Positions 32,552 through 43,513 of a stretch of DNA of 64,000 bases are shown in pieces (positions within the stretch are counted from its first letter, which is position 1; every line of letters begins with the position of its first letter). Below the pieces are notes generated by a model. That model was not told the origin of the DNA. It searched no databases and was given only the letters and a program-made list of their open reading frames with translations. Source of the stretch: Trichomonas gallinae (lineage: Eukaryota); the NCBI GenBank assembly GCA_008369845.1, contig MRSU01004894.1, forward strand, positions 1 through 64,000. The letters are read 5' to 3'. The position numbers and the translations under genes were made by a program.

Positions 32552-33982
32552 ATGGGTCAGGACGAAAGCATTCCTAGAGAAAGTGAGCATTTAGCCTTCT
32601 CTGAAGGCTTAGCCAAAATTTACTTCCCATCAGAATACACGCAGGATGATGTTTTTTACAATCCTGTTCAAGAATTCAATCGCGATTTAACTTGCGCAGT
32701 AATCCAAGCGTATAGAAATATAGTTCAGGAAGATATTTCGATTTTTGAGGCATTTGCAGCTTCTGGCCTTCGCTCGATTAGATATGCTCAAGAAGTTAAA
32801 GGAATCAAAAATATTATCGCAAACGATTTAGATCCAGGAGCCGTTGAAATCATAAAACGCAACATTGTTATCAACAAGGTCTCTAACATTGTTACTGCAT
32901 CACAAGGAAACGCACAAGATGTGATGTTATTATCGAAGAACAAATATCAAGTTTTGGACTTAGATCCTTACTCAACAGCCGCTCCCTTCTTAGAAGGCGC
33001 AGTTACAGCTGCTGCAAACGGAGCTTTACTTTGCATCACAAGTACAGACGGAAGAACACTATGCGGTGTCCAACCAGATGTTGCTTACTCATGGTATGGA
33101 TGCATGCCACTTAATGTTGAGTTCGAACACGAATTTGGAATAAGAACATTATTAACGACTTTAATTAACATAGCTGCCCGCCACAGACGTTCGATTGAAC
33201 CTCTTATCTGCCTTGCAGCCAACTTCTACATCAGAATTTTCGTCCGAATCCACGACAAACCACTCGAAGCTAAGAAAGTCGCTTCACAAACATCACTAGT
33301 CTTATATAGCAATGACAGCAAGTCATTCTGGACACAGGTACTCGGTACATGCACTATCAAAGGCACAAACGCTGTTGTTAGGCCATCTGAAGTTAACCTT
33401 AAATATACAAGAGACCCATATACAGGAGGAGCACTCAAAATTGGTGGTCCAGTGTATAATGGTCCACTCCACAACCGCGATTTCATCGAAAAAGTTTTAG
33501 AAATTTTGCCATCAATGATCGGCCTTCACACAGTGCCCAGAATTGAAGGTGTCCTTAACTGCTGCTACCACGAGATAGATAGCATGTTCTACTACGACAT
33601 TGGCGCGCTCACTGGCATCATCAAGGCTTCCTGTCCATCACGCGCATTGATTTACACACAAATCGAGCGCCAAGGATTCTCATGCTCAGTCACACACTGC
33701 GATCCAGGCAAGATCAAGACTAATGCGCCGCCAGAGTTGATGTGGGACATCGTCCGCGCTTGGTATATGCACGAGAAAAAGAAGATCCCAGAAGCTGATG
33801 GACCGGCGAAGAAGATTTTGGAGGCGAAGCCTTCTTTCGAGGTGAATCTCGATGTAGATGAAGATGTCAGTTACAGGATAAAGAAAGAGAAGAAGGTCTG
33901 CAGATATTATCAGAATCCGACATCTAATTTCGGACCAAAGGCTGCAGCTAAGAAGAAACATAACCCTGTAGAGAAGAAATAG
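32552..33982 (+). CDS. TRM1: tRNA (guanine26-N2)-dimethyltransferase
   Basis: VFYNPVQEFNRDL, EAFAASGLRSIRY, ANDLD, DLDPY, GALLCITSTD, THCDP..IKTNAP, NP..NFGPK. Confidence 0.95.
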   Translation: MGQDESIPRESEHLAFSEGLAKIYFPSEYTQDDVFYNPVQEFNRDLTCAVIQAYRNIVQEDISIFEAFAASGLRSIRYAQEVKGIKNIIANDLDPGAVEIIKRNIVINKVSNIVTASQGNAQDVMLLSKNKYQVLDLDPYSTAAPFLEGAVTAAANGALLCITSTDGRTLCGVQPDVAYSWYGCMPLNVEFEHEFGIRTLLTTLINIAARHRRSIEPLICLAANFYIRIFVRIHDKPLEAKKVASQTSLVLYSNDSKSFWTQVLGTCTIKGTNAVVRPSEVNLKYTRDPYTGGALKIGGPVYNGPLHNRDFIEKVLEILPSMIGLHTVPRIEGVLNCCYHEIDSMFYYDIGALTGIIKASCPSRALIYTQIERQGFSCSVTHCDPGKIKTNAPPELMWDIVRAWYMHEKKKIPEADGPAKKILEAKPSFEVNLDVDEDVSYRIKKEKKVCRYYQNPTSNFGPKAAAKKKHNPVEKK

Positions 33983-34558
33983 AATTGTTAAAAATTTATT
34001 ATTTTAATTTAAATTTTTGGTCTAGAAATTTGATAATCTACAATGATACTTTTGTGCATGGAATCATTCTGGACAAGAAGAGCAGTATTATACTGGCTTT
34101 AATTAATATAATAGCATTGAATTTAGTACTATGATGTGGACATGTGCATAAGTTGTAGTATACGATTCTATAATGTCTACATGTTGTAAAACAACTAAAT
34201 TTCAAACTCAAATTCAAATAAATCAACATTGTAAAACATTTATAAAATATTTTTTGATTTCGAGTAATTTTAGATTCTTAAATAAAAATTGTATTCGAAT
34301 CTATAAGTATGAGCATAAACATATGATTTCAATTTGATGAAAATTTTTTTCAAATTCAAAATGTCTTAAAATTAGGGAAAAGTCATTAGTATTATGCTAT
34401 ATGAACTATACAATGCATGTGTTTTCATCATTTGTCTGTAAAAATGAATATAAAATTCAATTCAAAATATTTTTGTGAATTATGTTAGTGAATTGGTATT
34501 TTTGTGAGTGTAAAGTAAATTATATGAAAATGTTGGTGTAACAAACAAAGACTATTTA

Positions 34559-35638
34559 TTATTTGAAAGCGATAGGAACGCGCGGTCCTTCAGCTGGGCA
34601 AACCTTAGACAAAACGCCACTCATTGCGGTCAGAAACGCGAACATACCAGCGAGAACGCCAACAGAAGTGACAATAAACCTCATTGGACTCTTTGAAATT
34701 TTACGCTCGACAATTGTCATCGGAGAGAACTGGTACTTGAAGTAAATGCCTGGCTGATAAATAAGATGGCTGTTGTAAATCTTAATTCCCAAATTATGTG
34801 AATATTCGTATGAAGTGTCTGTAACAACGTCATTGAACGTGTGAATGACTTTTGTAACGACTAAATCGTATAAATAGATTCTAGGAATCGAATCACGATT
34901 TCTAAAAACTTTTCCGCGAATTGGGCTGATTGAATTCTCCATTTTCTTGCCGATATAGAAGTCATGGATCGAGTGTGGGCAGCTGGTCTCAGGAGAAAGC
35001 GAAACGTCGTGGAAATGTCCTGAACGTCGATATTTAGTGTTTTTGCCTGGCGCGATATGGATTTGGCCCGGTGATTTGAATGTATTTATTGTTCCCTCAA
35101 TGAGACAAGATTCTCTCATGTCTTTCTTGAAATCTATTCTACCCATGCATTGATCGAAAGGTTGTGGATCGAATGGTTGTCCTTTCTCTCTGAAAAGCTC
35201 TATAATTTCATCGCACGTGTTGCAACACTGGCCTTCTGGCTTCAATCCGTGACATGGTAAACAAATATCCCTCAAAGACTCGTTAGATATGCCAATAAAT
35301 TTGTTATCATACGACATTCGCTTGAACTGAACTGTATTTTCGAGATCTAAGCGCTCTACGCCTATGCTATCGAGAACATCGAGATGCAGGTAGAAGCAAG
35401 GCAGGGCAACTTGAACAGAGAAGGTGAAATTGGCTGTGTTATCGTTTTCAAGCTGTGGGATGTTCTGTAAGTCACGGTAAACGATTGGTTGTGAATATGT
35501 TGTTGATTCCGCGAAAATCAAGATTGCAGCGAAAATGGCAAAGATGTATGACATCAGTTTGCCACCAACAGTGTGAATCGCGTAATCAACATTCGAAAAT
35601 TTGTCGAATATATCCAATTCTCTCAACAAATTCTTCAT
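34559..35638 (-). CDS. ER-Golgi intermediate compartment protein (ERGIC3/Erv46-like)
   Basis: LDIFDK, T.GG plus TM, LPC..LHLDVLD, C.PC.G..CCNTCDE, ESCLIEG, HIAPG, PGIYFKYQFSPM, C-terminal TM. Confidence 0.9.
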   Translation of the reverse strand: MKNLLRELDIFDKFSNVDYAIHTVGGKLMSYIFAIFAAILIFAESTTYSQPIVYRDLQNIPQLENDNTANFTFSVQVALPCFYLHLDVLDSIGVERLDLENTVQFKRMSYDNKFIGISNESLRDICLPCHGLKPEGQCCNTCDEIIELFREKGQPFDPQPFDQCMGRIDFKKDMRESCLIEGTINTFKSPGQIHIAPGKNTKYRRSGHFHDVSLSPETSCPHSIHDFYIGKKMENSISPIRGKVFRNRDSIPRIYLYDLVVTKVIHTFNDVVTDTSYEYSHNLGIKIYNSHLIYQPGIYFKYQFSPMTIVERKISKSPMRFIVTSVGVLAGMFAFLTAMSGVLSKVCPAEGPRVPIAFK

Positions 35639-35646
35639 CTTATTTT

Positions 35647-35659
35647 GTCACTTTTTGTG
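35647..35659 (-). promoter_or_regulatory. Inr plus AAAGTGAC (M2-type) core promoter word upstream of the ERGIC gene
   Basis: Minus strand reads TCACAaAAAGTGACaaaataagATG; the same AAAGTGAC precedes the pseudogene ATG at 23168, and its complement GTCACTTT precedes TRM1. Confidence 0.5.
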
Positions 35660-36142
35660 AAAATTTCATAAAAATTTCATCATCATTTTTGAATTCTTTA
35701 TACTATATATTATCAAATTTTTGCATCAAAAATGAAAAATAATGAATATTTTAGTGAGAAAAACATAAATTTTCTTTCATATTTCGTATATCATTTTGTT
35801 ATTAGATATAAATTTTAAATTTAGAAATTTCAGAAAAATAATTTTTGAAATTTTTAATTTTATAAATAGTAAAGAATTAACAAATTATTATCATTTTTGT
35901 GATTTTCATTAAAATTTCAAAAATTTAAAATAATTAAATAGTATATATAATAGATTATAAATTGATTTTCAAATTCAAAATTTAAAATATCCAATTATTT
36001 TGTTGATTTTCTGATCAAAATCCCATCAACATTTTTAGAGAATAAATTCATGATATTTATAAAATATACACTATAAGCAGTTTATATTTGCTGTTATTTT
36101 TAGTTGAACGATAAAAAATGAATAACGAACAAAAGAAAAAAT

Positions 36143-37981
36143 ATGCAGAAGACGACTAAAATTGAAGCATGGCTGAATGATGACCTTCTTGACGATCCAT
36201 TGCCACAGCCATATCGTTTTATCAACAAACTTCTATTGCAAGTCATTGAAGATTCATGTGATCTTGCCGAAGATGGTGGTGTGACTGATTCTAACGATGC
36301 ATTCATATGCAGAAATCTCAGACTCACGAAAGTAGGCAGAGTTCCATTAACACAGATGGATTCTTTCTCATTATCTGTCGATATATCGCAATTCGAAGTT
36401 ACAACTTATTCATATTTCGCAAATACACAATACCTTTTACTTGCAACATCGCAAGGAAATATAATCGTACATGATTTTGCTGCTAAAAGCACTTTGTTGA
36501 ATTTTTCGATTGGAACTCTCAACAAAAACATCCAATCTCGACCAATCAACCACATCATCTCACTCGCATCTGACTACGGCAACTATGCAGTCGTCTTTAT
36601 TTCCGAAGAAACGTGTTATTTAGTCTTATTTACTAATACATTTACAATGAAATGGTCTACGGAGATCGACATATCGGAATTCTTCTTAAAATCAATCAGA
36701 TTGATCAAATGCGAGCAAAGCGTAGCAATTTGTGATGGAAATGGAAAATTACAAGTTTTCAGCTGCAAGACACCAGCAGAAATGGCACCAGACGCTACAA
36801 CACCAAATGCTCGTGGCCAGCAAAACAAACAAACAGTTTTAGAGCCATTAATCGATATCGAAAAATGTCCAATCACTCCTGGCCCAATTTTATCGCAAAC
36901 TCAGGCACCACCGAAGACAGCGGAAGAAGCAGTCAAGAAAAAAGCCCCTCCAAAGAAAAAAGCTCCGCCTCCGCCAAAAGGAAAAGGAAGACCGAAATCT
37001 CCACAGCAAGAACAAGTGCCTGAAACGCCAGAAGTCATCAACAACTTCCACCCGAGGATCTGCATATTCGGAAACATGGCTGTTATCATTTTCGGGGAAT
37101 TTCCGGTTTTGCAATTATACAGTCTGGAGGGTGAGAAGAACATGATATGCGAATTCCCGCTGCCATCCAACATTTCTACGTTCTTAGAAGTGCAGCAACA
37201 AAATACATTAATTATTGGTCTCGACAATGGCACATTTTGCTTCCTTTCTCTGACTAGAAAGGCCTTGTATGGTCACCAGTTCTTGAAACATGGAAAAATT
37301 ACTGACATAATTTTATTTGATAATTGTTTAGTTGTTTGTACGTCGTTGAATTTCATTGCTGCTTACAGATTAGAAGGAATGAAGGCTACAGAGCAGATTT
37401 ACAACTGCAGTGATGATGATATTATTTCAATCAAACAATGCGGACCATATCTTGTTACTTACAACAAGATTCCTACTGATTTGTCCATTAGACAAAGTTT
37501 GCAGGTTGACTCAGAAGTCTTTAGCATTCAAACACAGTTTGTTCCAAATATTTCAATCTTAGATGCAGCAACAGGGAAATATATTGGTAGCTGCTCGTCA
37601 CCATGCAATCTTCAGGTGGATACAAGAGCTTGGGGACCAAATTCAGTCATAATTGTCTACAGCGATCCAAATCAGGACCAAAATCCTGTGAAAGAGCAGC
37701 CAAAAGAGGAAAATAAGGAAGCTGACAAGTCAGACAAGGAGTCTATGAAGACAGACAGAAAATCAGATAAGAAACCAGAGAAGAAGCCGATGAAGAAATT
37801 ATCTAAGAAGGAAGAAGTTGTAGAAGAGAACCTCGCTGTCATCAAGAAGCAGATAATAGGCTTTGTAGACTTGAATCTCGTGTCTGAGCAGCTCATTACT
37901 AAGATTAGAGAATTTGAACAAGCTACGCAGTCTTTCGTTAAGACTCACTGTGGAACTAAGTCATGTACACCAACTAATTAA
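36143..37981 (+). CDS. WDR93/CFAP297-like beta-propeller protein
   Basis: N-terminal LPQPYRFINKLL matches the WDR93 signature LPQPYRMINKL as I recall it; beta-rich body with Lys/Pro-rich inserts. Confidence 0.65.
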   Translation: MQKTTKIEAWLNDDLLDDPLPQPYRFINKLLLQVIEDSCDLAEDGGVTDSNDAFICRNLRLTKVGRVPLTQMDSFSLSVDISQFEVTTYSYFANTQYLLLATSQGNIIVHDFAAKSTLLNFSIGTLNKNIQSRPINHIISLASDYGNYAVVFISEETCYLVLFTNTFTMKWSTEIDISEFFLKSIRLIKCEQSVAICDGNGKLQVFSCKTPAEMAPDATTPNARGQQNKQTVLEPLIDIEKCPITPGPILSQTQAPPKTAEEAVKKKAPPKKKAPPPPKGKGRPKSPQQEQVPETPEVINNFHPRICIFGNMAVIIFGEFPVLQLYSLEGEKNMICEFPLPSNISTFLEVQQQNTLIIGLDNGTFCFLSLTRKALYGHQFLKHGKITDIILFDNCLVVCTSLNFIAAYRLEGMKATEQIYNCSDDDIISIKQCGPYLVTYNKIPTDLSIRQSLQVDSEVFSIQTQFVPNISILDAATGKYIGSCSSPCNLQVDTRAWGPNSVIIVYSDPNQDQNPVKEQPKEENKEADKSDKESMKTDRKSDKKPEKKPMKKLSKKEEVVEENLAVIKKQIIGFVDLNLVSEQLITKIREFEQATQSFVKTHCGTKSCTPTN

Positions 37982-38618
37982 ACTATATTTTTGTTTTCTT
38001 TTCTCATCAACTCAACATTTTTATTTTTTTCAAAATATTTTGATTTTTTAAAGCAAACCAATGAGTATTAACTGTTGAGTATGGCTGTAAGACTCAGAAC
38101 TTAAAATTTTCTTACAAATAAATTAGTTTCATTCAGTTATTATGCCAAATATATTAGCAAGAAAAATTAATTCAAAAAATCGAAAAAATGAGCTAGAAAT
38201 TAATCTATATAGATAAAAATATAATGATTTTAAGTGTTAAAATCTATCAAAATGAATATTTTCAAATTTTCAAAAAATAATGTTAATTTCAGGCTTTGAT
38301 TTTAAGTATTTTGATTCTAATGGAAAATATAATATTATATTAGCATGAAAAATTAGTATATTCCGTTCGGAAAACTCTGATTTTGACAAGATTTTTATGG
38401 AAAATGTTTGATTTCGATATATTATCAATACTAGATAACAAAAAACATAAAATTTCAGTAAAATCATTTTCAGCAACGGCTTTTTTTGAATCGAAAATAA
38501 TCGTCACCAAAAAATAAAACAGCTAAAATATTGTTTATATATGATTTAAAGAAATAATGATTTTTTGTTAAAATGTAAACCATTCATAGAACGTCTTTTC
38601 ATTCAAAAAAAATTAAAA

Positions 38619-39587
38619 ATGTTTTCGCTTCTTTGTTTTGTGAAATTAAATGACGATTTCGCGAGACGACAGTCGGAAATCATGGCTAAAGACCTAGCTC
38701 GCAGCAATAACGCGCTCAGACTTCAAAGGCAAGCTTTAGATGAAGGAAATGGCGAATATTCAAATGTTGTACTTTATAACTACAGTATTTACGATTTCCC
38801 AGAGAATAGTAAAGACATAGTCGAGTATTCTTTCGATAAAATCGACACATATTGCTATCACTATGGATGGGGACAAGGACAGGTTTACACAAGGGTGTTG
38901 CTTGGCAATCAATCATCAAATACATTGGCCAATTTGTTTACGCAAACATTTTGGGTGTTCCCTGTTTATGGAACTATACAAGTTTATGCTCACACAAATA
39001 TCGTAGATGTCGCAATTATCTGCGTCATTGCAGTAGTTATTACAGTTGTCGGCTTCATTTTGGAATGCTGCACACAAGATAAAGGAAATGTTTTGCTTCA
39101 CTGCTTTGGATGCGGTAAAAGACATTCTGGCGGCCATGAAAGCGGACATAGTGACGTTGAACATGTCCACGAGAATGATAGTTCATCATCTGGTGATATT
39201 CATAATGATCCTAATAATAACAACGAAGGATTCTACCCAGCACCAGCACAGCCAGCTCCATATAACCCACCACCTCCACCACCAGCTTCTCCTTACAATG
39301 TTCCATCCAATCCACAGAATATTCCACCAGTTCCACCATCAGAGTCTCAATATGCTCCTCCGCCTGCACAGCCTCAATATACTTCTCCACCACCATCAGC
39401 GCCTCAATATGCTCCTCCGCCTGCACAGCCTCAATATACTTCTCCACCACCATCAGCACCTCAATATGCTCCACCACCTACATATGCACCACCGACAGCA
39501 CAAGCAGGCGCTGATCCATATGCTTCACCTTCCAATCAGGTCAATACAACTCCTCAAGCTCCAAAGTCAACTGACGACTGGGATTAA
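38619..39587 (+). CDS. Single-pass membrane protein with Pro/Tyr-rich cytoplasmic tail
   Basis: ATG at 38619 with short hydrophobic leader; TM VAIICVIAVVITVVGFILECC; tail rich in PPP, with PSAP x2 and PPTY. Confidence 0.8.
   Translation: MFSLLCFVKLNDDFARRQSEIMAKDLARSNNALRLQRQALDEGNGEYSNVVLYNYSIYDFPENSKDIVEYSFDKIDTYCYHYGWGQGQVYTRVLLGNQSSNTLANLFTQTFWVFPVYGTIQVYAHTNIVDVAIICVIAVVITVVGFILECCTQDKGNVLLHCFGCGKRHSGGHESGHSDVEHVHENDSSSSGDIHNDPNNNNEGFYPAPAQPAPYNPPPPPPASPYNVPSNPQNIPPVPPSESQYAPPPAQPQYTSPPPSAPQYAPPPAQPQYTSPPPSAPQYAPPPTYAPPTAQAGADPYASPSNQVNTTPQAPKSTDDWD
39346..39478 (+). repeat. Coding tandem repeat, 57-bp unit (QYAPPPAQPQYTSPPPSAP), ~2.3 copies
   Basis: ctcaatatgctcc starts at 39346, 39403 and 39460. 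Confidence 0.9.
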
Positions 39588-39815
39588 TATTGTAATTTGT
39601 AGCTTTTGCAATAAATCGGTACTAATTTTTATCTATTTCATAATATGATTCAAAAATATTTCTAAATTGCTTATATCCAAAAATAATTCGCATTTTCAAA
39701 ACGTATTTAAATTTCATTCACGATTTAAAGAATATATTCATTTCCAAATATCAAATAGACGAAAGATTTGACGGGTTTCAATACAAAATAAACATTTATT
39801 ATTTTAATATTTTTT

Positions 39816-40883
39816 TCACTCCGGCTGTGGGCTGTTTCTGAGCATAAAGTCAACAATGGCATCAAGAGCAGCCTCGTGGACGTGCTTTTCCTCCTTCAGA
39901 TACAAGTCATTCTCCAGTGTTGGCTCCTGGTCAGCGTCCATAAGGAAATGATCAGCTCGCTCGAACCACTTCGACTCAGCGCCGCGCACGTTGTCCTTCC
40001 ACATCTGCCAGTGAGCGGAGATCATCACCTGGTCCTTGCCGCACCCGATGATCAGCGTCGGGATGCCCTGAGGAACCATCTCAGGTGTCATGTCTGGCAT
40101 TCCTGAACCTGGTAAAGCCTCCCAGGCTGGGTTTAATAGTACGACGCCTGCAACAGGTGATGGAGATGATTTAAGGATCTGTGGGAGGAAGAGGGATGCG
40201 AATCCATGAACTAAAAGGAATATCGATGATGTCTCACGCAATTCTGCTACTTTTTCGATGCATAAATTAGCCATATCAACAATCGGGTTGTTGCTGTCGA
40301 ATCCTTTGTAGTCTGACTTCACAAATCCGACTTTCTTCTGTGCTATGTACTCGAAATCACGGAATGGATAGCGAATGCCGAGATGTCCGTCAATATCTAA
40401 AGAAAAGCCATGACGGACAAGAATTGCCATCGGAATAGTAGAAGAATTTCTGAGAGCTGGCTTTACGAAACGAATTAATGGATTTTCGTTGATATCTTGA
40501 ATTAAAACTTTGTGCGGGTTGAAATATGGCGCGGCAATGTAAAATGGATGGCGGCTGAATTCCAATCCATTGATCTGATGATCTTTATTCATTGAGAATG
40601 TTGCAAACCATTCGTTTTTGTTAATAAAAATTGAAACATCGAAAACATAGAAGCCTTCATCTTTTGTGCTTGGCACAGGTGTTGTTGCCTCGCCAACCTT
40701 TGTAAATGTGCCGTGATCTCCCTCCATTTTCGCTAGTCTTCTGCCTAATTCTGAAATTGAGAGTTTTTCGCGGAATTCTGGAGTGAGATTTTCATGTAAG
40801 AACGACAAGTTGTTGCCAATGATTGTAGTTTCGCAAATTTTCTTAGCGAAAGCAATTAAATCATCGAAATTATATTTCTCCAT
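39816..40883 (-). CDS. DUF3887 + alpha/beta-hydrolase-fold protein, nucleophile lost
   Basis: N-terminal DUF3887-like segment ending QINGLEF; PMAILVRHG..D.DG.LG..PFRD; elbow IFLLVHGFASL in place of GHSLG; GKDQV; DHFLM. Confidence 0.65.
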   Translation of the reverse strand: MEKYNFDDLIAFAKKICETTIIGNNLSFLHENLTPEFREKLSISELGRRLAKMEGDHGTFTKVGEATTPVPSTKDEGFYVFDVSIFINKNEWFATFSMNKDHQINGLEFSRHPFYIAAPYFNPHKVLIQDINENPLIRFVKPALRNSSTIPMAILVRHGFSLDIDGHLGIRYPFRDFEYIAQKKVGFVKSDYKGFDSNNPIVDMANLCIEKVAELRETSSIFLLVHGFASLFLPQILKSSPSPVAGVVLLNPAWEALPGSGMPDMTPEMVPQGIPTLIIGCGKDQVMISAHWQMWKDNVRGAESKWFERADHFLMDADQEPTLENDLYLKEEKHVHEAALDAIVDFMLRNSPQPE

Positions 40884-41400
40884 CCTGGCTATTTAATTTC
40901 TGTCATGTAAAATTATTAAACCGACACATTATGTCATGTAAACTATATTACTGGCAAATGTTGAATTCTCATTATTGCTATAGAGAATATGAGCTAGAAA
41001 TGCCACATATATTTCAAGAGACTTGAAAAAGTTGAATGATAAAACATTTGTTAGAATTTAGGAAGTGAATTTTATAATAAGTTGATATTTTTTTAAATTA
41101 TAGATTAAAATTCTTTTTTACGTTTATTTCCTGCAAAATAACACGAAAACAATATATTATCCTAATTAGAAGATCTATTATCAATCACAACCAGAGATCT
41201 CATTGTGATCAACTAGAAAAATAGCTAGAATTGAAAATTCATTCATAGCATTCGTTTTATGTGATCATTATAATTTTGTGTTATAGGTATCAAAGGCTGA
41301 TATCATATAGAAAAGATCGCATCAGATTTTTTGACATTTGTCAGAATTCGGAAATTTATTTGTCATTTTCTAGTTTACAATAATCGACAAGAAAAAAATA

Positions 41401-42792
41401 ATGTTTTTAATTCTTTCCGCGTTCTCTGCAGCGAAAACGCCAATGGTTGGCACAAAACGCTTCGGAGAAAAAGTCTCGGAGAATCCATATTCAATTGTCT
41501 TATTCACAACGCGCGGTTGCACAGAATGCGACAAAATATTAGATACAATGGATACAATCATTGATAGATTCCAAGGAAAGGTAGGAATGCTTTCTGTTGA
41601 TGTAGATGTCAGCAAAGCTATACAAAAACAATACAATGTTAAAGATATTCCATCAGTTGCAATTTTCGCTGGCTCAAAATTCCTTCGTTTCTACAAAGGT
41701 GAATACACAACAGATGCTTTCATCAATTTCTGCGAATCTCTCTCTGTTGGCTCGATGACATCACTTCATTCAGTTTTCGACGTTTTCGAGTTCCAAAACA
41801 ACGGATATCCAGCTAATATCATCATTGCAAATCCATCACTCATCACAGCAGCTAAGAATGTGATGCCTTTATTCCCAGGCTCTCTGAAATTCGCAATTCT
41901 CGAAAATAAGACAGCTGCTGATCAGTTAGGAATCGAAAATGCACAACTTACGAGACCAATGGACTTCTTTAAAGTAAATATATCAAATATTGACGCTGAT
42001 GAATTACTTAAGTTATCAAAACCGATGATAGAGCTTGTTATGAATGCTGAAACACTCGGAAATCCAGATACACCACATACTTTAATAGCAATTTTAGATG
42101 AACGCGATCCCCTTCAAAAACACGATATTGCAAAACTTTGGGCAAATATTTCTCACCTTTACCAAGGAAATCTTTCATACCAATTCTGTGACTACTATAA
42201 ATGCAACGCAATTTCACAATCTCTTGGCGTTGTTAATTTTGGAAATCCATTATTCGTTTTATCATCGAGAACAGGCATTCGCGCTAAGATCCAATTATTC
42301 CAGAATCCAGAACCGACACAGAAGGACCTTGAAATATTCTTAAATAAGAACGTTTTAGATATTGATGAGCCAGAATACAGAGATATGGACGGAATTGCAC
42401 ATCTCCGGGCCAGAGATTTCATGCGTGTTGTCCTTGACCAGCGCCGCGATGTAATTCTCTTCATGGCTGCTCCTTCGATGCAGAAATACAAGGAATGCAA
42501 GGAAACAGCGAAGATGCTTGTTGAATTATTCCAGAATTTGAAGGGAATTGAAGTCTATGAGTTCAATCCTAAGACAGAACTCGTTCCTGGTTTGCAGATG
42601 CCGAAAACTGATAAACCAATGTTTTCCATTTGGCCAGCAACGCCAAATCCATCTGGTGCCAACATCCCAGGCACTTCACCACTTCCATTTATAGTCGATG
42701 AGATCATTAAACAAGTGAAGAATAAGATTGATCCAACTTACTTCAAACAAATCGGTGAGAGAATTCAGCAATACATGGATAGTCATCAATAG
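41401..42792 (+). CDS. Multi-thioredoxin-domain (PDI-like) secretory protein
   Basis: Signal peptide MFLILSAFSAA; VLFTTRGCTEC; SVDVD..YNVKDIPSV; further Trx-like domains without CxxC. Confidence 0.8.
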   Translation: MFLILSAFSAAKTPMVGTKRFGEKVSENPYSIVLFTTRGCTECDKILDTMDTIIDRFQGKVGMLSVDVDVSKAIQKQYNVKDIPSVAIFAGSKFLRFYKGEYTTDAFINFCESLSVGSMTSLHSVFDVFEFQNNGYPANIIIANPSLITAAKNVMPLFPGSLKFAILENKTAADQLGIENAQLTRPMDFFKVNISNIDADELLKLSKPMIELVMNAETLGNPDTPHTLIAILDERDPLQKHDIAKLWANISHLYQGNLSYQFCDYYKCNAISQSLGVVNFGNPLFVLSSRTGIRAKIQLFQNPEPTQKDLEIFLNKNVLDIDEPEYRDMDGIAHLRARDFMRVVLDQRRDVILFMAAPSMQKYKECKETAKMLVELFQNLKGIEVYEFNPKTELVPGLQMPKTDKPMFSIWPATPNPSGANIPGTSPLPFIVDEIIKQVKNKIDPTYFKQIGERIQQYMDSHQ

Positions 42793-43513
42793 AAATAATT
42801 GATCCAATAAACTTTTGTCTTTTTTGATAAACATTTAATTATAAAATAAATTATACGTTTTTGGAGCTTGGTGTTAAGAGGATAAAGTCTTATAACGAGT
42901 TATAAAATTATTATGACGAACATATGTCATTAAGACTAAAAAATTAATCTTCAATAGCATAATATAATAAATAGTTCATTTAGTTATAAAAAATAATATC
43001 TATATAATATAATTAAAGGAAAAATACATTCAAAATCATTTATTATCTATCACCAAAAAATCTCAATTTTAATTTTCTGCGTATAAAATCCAGTTTTTCA
43101 CAGCTAAATCGTTATAACATCATCTATAGATGGTATTTCTATCAATTTCACATACGCGGCTGGTTACTCATTTCTGGACGATTTTGATTCAGATATAAAA
43201 CTAGATACATCAATAGATGCTGATTTTCTAAGTTTGATCGATTTTTAATCTATATTTTTTTTACAAAATCGAATATAATATGATTAAGTGATTTTTACAT
43301 AATCATTTCCATCAACACACTTATCTTATTCTATTTGTTGAATTAAAATCATCAACTACACATATATTATTGTCTCACGCACAATATTTTCATCACAGTT
43401 TTAGAAAGAAGACCGAAATATGTGTGATTTTTCCATGATGAACATTAAACAAATAACTTTTACAACAACTAAAGATACTAAACAAAATTCATGATTATAA
43501 ATTACAAAAACAG

